Assembly (NCBI GenBank): GCA_044225505.1
Contig: JBGAIN010000008.1
Location: forward strand, 1 to 64,000
Length of the DNA: 64,000 nt
Reading direction: 5' to 3'
Source: Limisphaerales bacterium
GTDB lineage: Bacteria; Verrucomicrobiota; Verrucomicrobiia; Limisphaerales; SIBE01
Shown here in pieces: positions 56,404 through 64,000 of the stretch. The notes below the pieces were generated by a model. The model made no database searches. It was not told where the DNA came from and saw only the letters and a program-made list of their open reading frames with translations. The first letter of the stretch is position 1, and every line of letters begins with the position of its first letter. The translations under genes and the position numbers were made by a program.

Positions 56404-56838
56404 TTAGTCTTTTACGGTCAATGGGGTGGGTTGCTGCGCGGCGTGGGGATGATCACTGCCGCGATACACTTTGAGCTTGGTCAGGAGCACTCGCCCTAGG
56501 CGATTCTTTGGCATCATGCCTTTCACCGCGTGGGTGATCAGCTTCTCTGGATGCCGCTCACGGATCTGGCCGACGGTCCGATACTTCTCGCCGCCTTTCC
56601 AGCCCGAATAGGTCATAAATTGCTTATCCGTTTCTTTCTTGCCGGTCACAACGACTTTCTCCGCGTTGATCACGACAACAAAATCCCCGGCATCCAGGTG
56701 ACTGGTGTAAACGGGTTTATTTCTTCCCCGCAAAACATTGGCCACGCGCACCGCAAGGCGGCCCAAGACGGCCCCTTCGGCATCGACCAGATGCCACTTG
56801 CGCTGGCCTAAATCCACTTTCGGCAGATACGTTTTCAT
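56404..56838 (-). CDS. rplM: 50S ribosomal protein L13
   Basis: WHLVDA, LGRLA, LRGRNKP, GDFVVVINA, VKGMMPK, HPHAAQQP. Confidence 0.98.
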   Translation of the reverse strand: MKTYLPKVDLGQRKWHLVDAEGAVLGRLAVRVANVLRGRNKPVYTSHLDAGDFVVVINAEKVVVTGKKETDKQFMTYSGWKGGEKYRTVGQIRERHPEKLITHAVKGMMPKNRLGRVLLTKLKVYRGSDHPHAAQQPTPLTVKD

Positions 56839-56864
56839 CGAAACACTCGTAATAAAGAGGGCAG

Positions 56865-56892
56865 AAACTATCAAACGCGCTGCTTAAGTCAA
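56865..56892 (-). promoter_or_regulatory. Sigma-70-type promoter for rplM (TTGACT-16-TAGTTT with extended -10 TG)
   Basis: Minus strand reads TTGACTTAAGCAGCGCGTTTGATAGTTT, 26 nt upstream of the rplM ATG. Confidence 0.55.
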
Positions 56893-57270
56893 TAGGGTTT
56901 TGTGACCGAAAGTGGAATCCCCCTGCACGGGGCATGACCGATCTCGCCCTGAGCCCATTCTTAAAGGTGGTTTCGCACTCTCCGACGGAGCTTGGCAAAG
57001 GGGCGCATGCGTGTGGGAGGGCGAACTCTGGTTCGGGCCGGTCAGGAGAACCTGGAAACGGCGGAAAAAAGCCGCACGACCGCGCTTCTTCCGAAGATAC
57101 ACTAAGAGTGCACTATGGGTTCACTATGTTTACAGTAAGAAGACATAGTAAGAGAATAGCAAATACTTATCGAAACTTCTCTGCAGTAGTGAAGGAAGAG
57201 GGTTCGGCAGATGCAGTCGCGGCGTGTGTTCGGCGACGCGTCGCCCAGCGTCCTGCCTCGCCATTCGGGT

Positions 57271-57750
57271 TCAAAAGACTGGAGCTTGTTCCTGAAATAT
57301 CGGCTCCAGATCGCTCTTGGGCACCGCGACCAGGTGGTAAGGAGCTGTCAGGGCTTGGATCGACATGCGCCCTTTGACAGGCTTCGTCGTCGTCACCGTG
57401 ATCGAAAGTTTGGCATGCGAGGGTTTCACCTCGGTGATCTCGACACTGTAGCCCCCAGAACGCTGTTTGCCCAAGGTCACGGCGATCACCATCTCTTTGG
57501 AGAAATCGACTTCCGGGCAACGTTTGGGATCCCTGGTTCTGACCGTATGCGCTGCCCAAAACTTCTCCCAGGAAGCTTGATCTTTGACCACTTCCTGCCG
57601 AGGATCCTGGATGCTGCTAAATGCCCCCTTCGCTAGCGATCGGATAGGGAGAGATTCTGCAGGACCTGCCTCTGCATATCCGATGCAGACCAGTGCAAGA
57701 ACCGCGAGGAGGCAGGGCAAGCTTGAGCTCATGGGGAAAGTTCGGCGCAT
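57271..57750 (-). CDS. PrcB C-terminal domain family exported protein (start may be 57732)
   Basis: Signal peptide; PEVDFSKEMVIAVTLG...SGGYSVEI...QALTAPYHLV. Confidence 0.8.
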   Translation of the reverse strand: MRRTFPMSSSLPCLLAVLALVCIGYAEAGPAESLPIRSLAKGAFSSIQDPRQEVVKDQASWEKFWAAHTVRTRDPKRCPEVDFSKEMVIAVTLGKQRSGGYSVEITEVKPSHAKLSITVTTTKPVKGRMSIQALTAPYHLVAVPKSDLEPIFQEQAPVF

Positions 57751-57842
57751 ATTTTGCTTTTTTCAAATCGTAGCTCGGGTTTACAAAGGAGACGCCCATT
57801 GAGCAACTTGGAAGACCCATCCATACCGTCGATGTCAAAGTC

Positions 57843-60042
57843 ATGATCTTAACACCTGAGGAAGTCACCAGCCTGGTTCAGGCGATTCATCGCGCGCCGC
57901 ATCAACTGCTCGGCATGCACCCGCTGGGAGACGGCTCTGGGGTGGTGGCTCGGGCCTTGTTGCCGCGCGCCGCTCGGGTCAAGCTCGTGCCGACGCACGA
58001 GAAGCTTCAGCCGACGATCGAACTCAAGCGCGTCCATCCTCACGGGCTTTTCGAGGGCGTTTCGAAGGCGGCGAAAAGGGTCTACGCCTATGATCTGGTG
58101 ATCACGGATCATGAGGGACGAATGCATCAGACGCGGGATCCATTCTCGTTCTGCCAGCTTACTGGGAGAAACGGATCTCTACCTCTTTGGACAAGGTAAC
58201 GAATTACGGATTTATGAGAAGTTAGGGGCTCAGTTGCGCGTCATCGATGGGGTGGCTGGGACCAGTTTTGCCGTCTGGGCACCAAATGCGCAGCGCGTCA
58301 GCGTGGTGGGAGATTTTAATGCCTGGGATGGAAGGTGTCACCCCATGCGACTCTTGGGATCGTCCGGTGTTTGGGAAATCTTCATTCCTGGCGTGCACGA
58401 AGGAGCGCTCTACAAGTTTGAGGTTCGAGATATCCATGGCGCCATCGGGCTCAAGACGGACCCTTACGGGTTTTTCTACGAAGCGCCGCCCAAGTCCGCC
58501 TCGATCGTCTGGAATAACCAGAAATTCGCTTGGACGGATGGTGCCTGGCTGGAAAAGCGGAGAAATGCGAACCCGTTTCGTGCTCCGCTGAGCGTTTATG
58601 AAGTGCACTTGGGTTCCTGGAGTAAGAAGTCCATGGCCGAATCGTATGGCTACCGGGAATTGGCCGGGCGCCTTGTGGATTACCTGCGCGAGATGAGCTT
58701 TACCCACGTGGAGTTCTTGCCCGTGGCCGAACACGCGTATTACCCATCCTGGGGCTACCAGGTCACAGGGTTTTATGCGCCAACAAGCCGTTACGGCACC
58801 CCGGAAGACTTCCAATTCTTGGTCAACGCACTGCACGAAGCGGGCATCGGCGTAATCGTCGATTGGGTTCCAGCGCATTTTCCGAAGGACGATTGGGCCC
58901 TGGCGCGGTTTGATGGGACGTCCCTTTACGAACACGAAGACCCGCGGAAAGGAGCTCACCAGGATTGGGGTACGCTGATCTTCAACTACGGGCGGCACGA
59001 AGTCCGTAACTTCCTGGCGGCGAATGCGTTGTTCTGGTGTGAGCGCTTCCATATCGACGGTTTGAGAGTCGACGCCGTGGCCTCGATGCTCTACCTGGAT
59101 TACTCCCGTAAAGAAGGGGAATGGGTTCCTAACCAGTACGGAGGGCGCGAGAACCTTGAAGCCGTCGATTTCCTGAGACACTTCAACCACGTCGTGCACA
59201 CGGAGATCCCAGGCGCAATTACGATCGCGGAAGAATCGACCGCTTGGCCGTTAGTGACACGCCCACCGTATTTGGGGGGATTAGGTTTCACGTTCAAGTG
59301 GAACATGGGTTGGATGCACGACACATTGCGATACTTCGGTCGCGATCCCATCTATCGAAAGTACCATCAGAACGATCTCACCTTCGCGATGCTCTACCAT
59401 CACAATGAAAACTTCATTTTGCCTCTATCGCACGATGAAGTCGTGCATGGGAAGAGATCGCTGATCGGCCGGATGCCCGGGGACGACTGGCAAGGGTTCG
59501 CGAACCTCCGCGCGTTGCTCGCGTACCAGTGGCTATTCCCTGGAAAGAAGCTGCTGTTTATGGGAGATGAATTGGGACAGCGCGCGGAGTGGAACGCCAA
59601 TGGCGAGGTGGATTGGTGGTTGCGCGAACAAGGCCCGTATCACATTGGCCTCCAGCGTTTTGTTCGCGACCTAAACCGCCTCTACCTGGCGGAACGCGCG
59701 TTGTGGGAGACGGACTACGATGTGGAAGGCTTTTTCTGGATCGATTGCTCGGATCACGAGAGCAGCATTTACTCCTTCATTCGACAAAGTCTGGACCGTT
59801 CGAGCCGGGTTGCTGTGGTGCTCAATCTGACCCCGGCGCCTCGGATCAATTATCGGATCGGGTTACCGGTCGGAGGCGCTTGGCAAGAAATCCTGAATAG
59901 CGATGCACAAGCCTACGGCGGCAGCAATATGGGCAATCTAGGACAGGTGGTCGCCGAAGGGTACCAGGTCCATAACCAGCCATTCTCAGCGCCGTTTACA
60001 TTGCCTCCCTTAAGCGTGATCGCATTCCGGGCCGTCCATTGA
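57843..60042 (+). pseudogene. glgB: 1,4-alpha-glucan branching enzyme split by a frameshift near 58145-58165 (real lesion or assembly error)
   Basis: The N-terminal part (PHQLLGMH...RDPFSF) is in frame 57843; LGETDLYLF onward (FAVWAPNA, YEVHLGSW, SWGYQ, DGLRVDAVASMLY, AEEST, LSHDEVVHGK) is in frame 58111. Confidence 0.85.
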
Positions 60043-60113
60043 CCATTCCCACAGGCTGAGCCCATATTGTCTGCGGGCCTGGCTCAGTTGGGCTCGGAGT
60101 TGCCAATCAATCT

Positions 60114-61688
60114 ATGTCACTTTTTGTTCAGAGTGGGCCCCCGAGCCCAGAGGATTTCCAGAGGCAAGTCACCGATTTCATGCGTCAGCAGGTCAATCAG
60201 TGGCGCCATGCGAGTTCCAAGAATGAGCCCAACGCTGGCTCCGCCGAACCCCCGCTGGAGAGTGCGAACCCCTCGTTTCAATTCGATAAGAAGCCGAAGG
60301 ACGTAAAGGCCTACCTCGACCGTTTCGTCATCCAGCAGGATGAGGCGAAGAAGGTGCTCAGCGTCGCCCTCTGCGATCACTATCAGCACGTCCGCTTGGC
60401 GCAAGAGGGCAAGGACCAGCCGAACTATACAAAGCAGAATATCATTCTCGTGGGGCCAACGGGCGTGGGCAAAACCTACCTCATCCGAAGCATCGCCGAT
60501 CTAATTGGCGTGCCCTTCGTGAAAGGGGACGCCACCAAATTCTCGGAAACAGGCTATGTCGGCGGTGATGTGGAGGACCTGGTTCGCGAGTTGGTCCGCC
60601 GAAGTGATGGCGACGTGAAACGAGCCCAATACGGCATCATTTACATTGACGAAATCGACAAGATTGCGGCCGCCCCAACCGAGACTGGCCGCGACGTTAG
60701 TGGCCGAGGCGTGCAGACGAATTTACTGAAGTTGATGGAAGAAACGGACGTGCCGACTCGTTCGCCTCAGGATATTGCCGGCCAGGTCCAGGCGCTGATG
60801 GAAATGAGCCAGTTCGGAAAGAAGACACCGAATGTCATTAACACGAAACACATCCTGTTTATCGTGAGCGGCGCTTTCGGCGGACTGGAAAAAATAGTGC
60901 GGCGTCGGCTGCGCGAGGCGACGATCGGCTTTGGCGTCCGCAGCCATTCCGGGGACGAATCTGCGGATTGCCTGGAACAGGCCAACACGCGCGATTTCAT
61001 GGACTTCGGATTCGAGCCGGAGTTTATCGGACGACTTCCTGTGCGCGTCGTCTGCCAGCCGCTAACGAAACAAGACTTGTTTTCTATTCTGAAAAGTTCA
61101 GAAGGCAGCATCATCCGCCAGTACGAACAAACCTTTGCCGCTTACGGGATCGAAGTCTTGTTTCAGGATGATGGTCTCCAGGAAATCGCGGAATTGGCAG
61201 CTCACGAGCAAACTGGCGCACGAGGGTTAATGACGGTTTGTGAACGAGTCTTTCGAGAGTTCAAGTATGAGCTTCCGTCCACGCCGATTCGGCGATTTGT
61301 CGTGAATGCCTCGGTGGTTCAAGATCCGAAAGGGGAATTGGCGAAGCTTTTGGCAAATCAGCAGCGCGAAGAGGACGGAGTGGGGCGGCAACTCATTGAG
61401 GAGTTCGCCAACCGATTTCAGGCAATGCACGAACTGAAAATTGCGTTTACCGACGCTGCGATTCGTCGGTTGGTCAGCTTGGCGGCCGAAACGGCAAAAC
61501 CCGTTCGCGAAGTTTGCGCGGAGCGGTTCAAAGATTATCAGTTCGGCCTGCGACTTATTGCGCAAAACACTGAGCAGCGTGAGTTCACCTTGGATACAGA
61601 CGCTGTGGACAATCCTGACGCCACGCTTAGCCAGTGGGTTGTAAACAGCTATCGCGGAAAAGAGCCTGTCGCGGAACCCTCTTCCTAG
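60114..61688 (+). CDS. ClpX-like AAA+ ATPase lacking the N-terminal zinc finger, with a C-terminal extension
   Basis: [50 protein letters not shown] loop, [14 protein letters not shown]. Confidence 0.9.
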   Translation: MSLFVQSGPPSPEDFQRQVTDFMRQQVNQWRHASSKNEPNAGSAEPPLESANPSFQFDKKPKDVKAYLDRFVIQQDEAKKVLSVALCDHYQHVRLAQEGKDQPNYTKQNIILVGPTGVGKTYLIRSIADLIGVPFVKGDATKFSETGYVGGDVEDLVRELVRRSDGDVKRAQYGIIYIDEIDKIAAAPTETGRDVSGRGVQTNLLKLMEETDVPTRSPQDIAGQVQALMEMSQFGKKTPNVINTKHILFIVSGAFGGLEKIVRRRLREATIGFGVRSHSGDESADCLEQANTRDFMDFGFEPEFIGRLPVRVVCQPLTKQDLFSILKSSEGSIIRQYEQTFAAYGIEVLFQDDGLQEIAELAAHEQTGARGLMTVCERVFREFKYELPSTPIRRFVVNASVVQDPKGELAKLLANQQREEDGVGRQLIEEFANRFQAMHELKIAFTDAAIRRLVSLAAETAKPVREVCAERFKDYQFGLRLIAQNTEQREFTLDTDAVDNPDATLSQWVVNSYRGKEPVAEPSS

Positions 61689-61931
61689 GTTTCTCGCTCC
61701 AATAGAATCGCATTCCTGTAGGGAAGGAGTGCTTCGAATCGCGTCGGCGTCCCTGGCCACGTGGTCTCGAGACAGAACACGGGCTTCATGTCTATGCGGC
61801 GAATTCTCGGCTTGAATGCCCGGGCCAAGCAGCCTCTGTGACAACAAGTGGCCTTGCCTGAGCGGTGGGCCGTGATTCTCTCGGGCGGACGATCCTCAAC
61901 GGGCCGTTCTACCAAAAAGCTCTCCTGAAGC

Positions 61932-61961
61932 AAAAAAGGCGCGGATTGAATCCGCGCCTTT
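61932..61961. terminator. Intrinsic terminator between convergent genes (strongest for the minus strand)
   Basis: AAAGGCGCGGATT-G-AATCCGCGCCTTT perfect inverted repeat with A6 on the left. Confidence 0.85.
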
Positions 61962-61978
61962 AAAAAGGACTACGATGA

Positions 61979-62683
61979 TTAAGAACGACGCTTGAAACCG
62001 AGATAACCGAGCCAGCTCAGACCAGCGAGGAACGCCAAGGCGAAGGTCGTCGGTTCAGGCACCGCGGTGACGCGTGCCGAGAAGTTCGCCGTGACTTGTC
62101 CGAGAACCGGATCATTGATCAAGTAGGTGTTCCAGGTCCCGTTGTTCTTCTGCCAGAAATCAGCGAAGCTCGTTCCGACCGTCGGCGGATCGTAGATGCG
62201 CAAGCCCGCGATTTCACCGTTGTCGATACCGGTAAAGGTCACCGTCCAGGTGAAATTGTTCGGAGCCAGGAAAGGAGCGAAGCCAGAAGCATCCGCGACC
62301 TGGAATCCTTTGTCCAACGTGAGCACTGGGCTGGTGTAGAGGACAGTTCCAGGCGTCGGAACGTCGAACGTCGAGCCTTCCACCGTTCGGCTGATCGTGG
62401 GGCCGTCATTGGCTCGCAGAGTCAGCACCGCGGTTTCGTTTCCGCTCGCGTTTTGGCTTAGGAAATATTCAAATTGGAACCCAGTGACGAAGCGATCGCC
62501 CGCCGCGAGGTTGATTTCGTCGCCGAACTCGACGCCATTGGGGTCGCCCGGGGGGATGTAAGTCCGATTTAGGTCGTTCAACGAGTTGTCGTAGACAGTG
62601 CTAGCCAAACCCGAGGTGCAGAACGGCAGCAATGCGGACACGACCGCCAGAGATTTGATTAGTTTAGACGTAGTTCTCATCAT
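61979..62683 (-). CDS. PEP-CTERM sorting-domain surface protein
   Basis: Signal peptide; C-terminal VPEP + TM helix + KRRS. Confidence 0.92.
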   Translation of the reverse strand: MMRTTSKLIKSLAVVSALLPFCTSGLASTVYDNSLNDLNRTYIPPGDPNGVEFGDEINLAAGDRFVTGFQFEYFLSQNASGNETAVLTLRANDGPTISRTVEGSTFDVPTPGTVLYTSPVLTLDKGFQVADASGFAPFLAPNNFTWTVTFTGIDNGEIAGLRIYDPPTVGTSFADFWQKNNGTWNTYLINDPVLGQVTANFSARVTAVPEPTTFALAFLAGLSWLGYLGFKRRS

Positions 62684-62761
62684 AGTCCTTGGGGTTTCAA
62701 AACCGGTTTTTTTGCTGTTCGGTACCACGATTCAAGTCTTTCTCAGTTCAAGCGTGAAGCG

Positions 62762-62790
62762 TTTGTATTAATTTCGGGCACTCGAGTCAA
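62762..62790 (-). promoter_or_regulatory. Possible sigma-70 promoter for the PEP-CTERM gene (TTGACT-17-TACAAA)
   Basis: Good -35 box, imperfect -10 box, in an AT-rich divergent intergenic region. Confidence 0.3.
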
Positions 62791-63149
62791 GCGATTTCTT
62801 TTAAGTATTTGGCAACACGCAGCCGACGCGCTTCGTCAGAAGTTGTTGTAGCTGGTTCCCGATGGAAACTCCAGGACTTTTTAATAATTGATTGCTCGGA
62901 GCCTGCGGCTTGTTCGTGGGGCCAAGGCTGGAAACACCGCCATTCTGCTCCGGTGAGCCCAGTACCGTCGGCTTCGTAACCCAATTAATTCAGGGGTGCG
63001 GAACCCGGTCTGCCGACCCCTTCTCGATTCCAAGCAAAGGTATTGCTCGACAACGCTCCTCGTGACTGGGTAAGAATTTATGTAAGAATTTGAGCACCAT
63101 TGATCCCAATCTGCCTTTTCCATGTTCCAAATCGGCCACCGGGCTGGAT

Positions 63150-64000
63150 ATGCCGGGGACTGTGTCCAGACGCCTCGCTGGCAAAAGCCGTTGGTTGCTG
63201 GCTGGAGAGATTGGAAGCGGTCGTGCCAACCCGCTTTACTGGATATGGGATTGGTTCGCCGGCCGCTGTGGAACCGCCCTGATGGCTATTGCGATTTTCC
63301 TGGCTGGCCCGACCGGCCTCTATGCATTGGATGCCGAGGATCTGCTCGTATACCATAAAGGGCCTTTTACCGCTCGGCCTCAAATGTCGTTTTCGGAAGT
63401 TTACAACGACAACGTTTTTTACCAGGGCAGCGAGCAAGTTCGCGATTTCATTTCGATTCTGAGTCCAGGGATGGAATTTCAGTTGGGCAAACCGGAGCAC
63501 AATATGTTGCTCCTGACCTATGGACTAGATGAGCTGATCTATACCGAGAACCCAGACCTAAATGCCAGCCAGCACACCGTAAAACTCAAAAGCCAATTCG
63601 AAACCCAGCGATTGCGACTGGATGGCGAAGATCGTTTTCAGTTGCTTTCCAGTCCCTTGGGTGGGGTGGTTGAGCGAGTCGTGGGGCCGGACGGCGTGTT
63701 CACCCCAGTGCGACGGAATGTAGAACGCCTCACTTTTGACGACGGCTATACGCTTGCCTATGCCGCAGGAGAGAAAGCAACCATCTATCTTAGGGGATCT
63801 CACTATTCTACAGACTACCGCCAGACCATTGCCCTTTACGACATTGAGACGTTGACGGGCACAGGAGGGTTCGGTTATCGGGCCTTCCCTAAAACCGTGG
63901 TGTTTGGCGAAGTCTACTACAGTAGAACTACCACCGATCCGAACGATCCCCGCCTTGTCCTTAATCCCCGTTTAGACGCGATCGGCGGATATTTCGGGTT
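63150..64000 (+). CDS. Outer-membrane beta-barrel protein (exopolysaccharide/PEP-CTERM-associated type), truncated by the window edge; not in the ORF track
   Basis: Translated by hand: open frame from ATG 63150 to the end, ...LMAIAIFLAGPTGLYA-LDAEDLLVYHKGPFTARPQMSFSEVYNDNVFY...DFISILSPGMEFQLG..., with alternating beta-strand pattern. Confidence 0.75.
   Translation, partial: MPGTVSRRLAGKSRWLLAGEIGSGRANPLYWIWDWFAGRCGTALMAIAIFLAGPTGLYALDAEDLLVYHKGPFTARPQMSFSEVYNDNVFYQGSEQVRDFISILSPGMEFQLGKPEHNMLLLTYGLDELIYTENPDLNASQHTVKLKSQFETQRLRLDGEDRFQLLSSPLGGVVERVVGPDGVFTPVRRNVERLTFDDGYTLAYAAGEKATIYLRGSHYSTDYRQTIALYDIETLTGTGGFGYRAFPKTVVFGEVYYSRTTTDPNDPRLVLNPRLDAIGGYFG

Noticed and set aside
57095..57180. 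AT-rich patch with CACTATG direct repeat and ACTATGT/ACATAGT inverted repeat as an ncRNA or operator
   Set aside because: Too short and weak to distinguish from chance without comparative data
62800..62830. Sigma-54 promoter near the PEP-CTERM gene
   Set aside because: TGGCA is present but the -12 TTGC element is not at the required spacing
1..64000. Genome-wide TAG reassignment, suggested by the glgX amber
   Set aside because: Many genes end normally at TAG at their expected C-termini (e.g. 15304, 17767, 41405, 43940, 61688)

Overview
A GC-rich (roughly 60% by eye) bacterial chromosome segment, most consistent with Verrucomicrobiota (Pedosphaerales/Limisphaerales-like). That call rests on a PEP-CTERM protein, planctomycete-type cytochrome c domains, delta-60/Calx-beta surface proteins and a CotH-LTD protein. 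The left half is accessory: large secreted proteins, a phosphoesterase with a divergent phosphonate-type FAD oxidoreductase, an ECF sigma/anti-sigma/Spy module, glgX, a CPA2 antiporter, a CzcCBA-type RND operon and a repeat-rich intergenic region containing a 276-bp MITE. The right half is mostly housekeeping or catabolic: ogt, a UxaA/MDR/RidA/PLP cluster, lipA, zwf-pgl, rplM-rpsI-argCJBD, a frameshifted glgB, a ClpX-like ATPase, a PEP-CTERM gene and a partial outer-membrane beta-barrel. I saw no rRNA, tRNA or CRISPR array. The best leads are: (1) a metal-efflux operon whose lipoprotein adaptor carries four Cys/His repeats, three ending in CxxCH, preceded by a Cys/His-rich leader ending in a RAPP-like motif; (2) a secreted protein with a domain resembling the plant XLG/EDR4 domain; (3) the same ECF-type promoter (GTTGTAACA-N16-CGTATG) before the ECF operon and before a membrane cytochrome gene; (4) an in-frame amber stop in glgX overlapped by a perfect 18-bp palindrome, with the missing C-terminus continuing in frame after it; (5) a ~55-aa 'SxxLxxW...(R/Q)(F/Y)xR' module shared by three unrelated exported proteins. 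All family assignments come from motif recognition by eye; no database searches were run.
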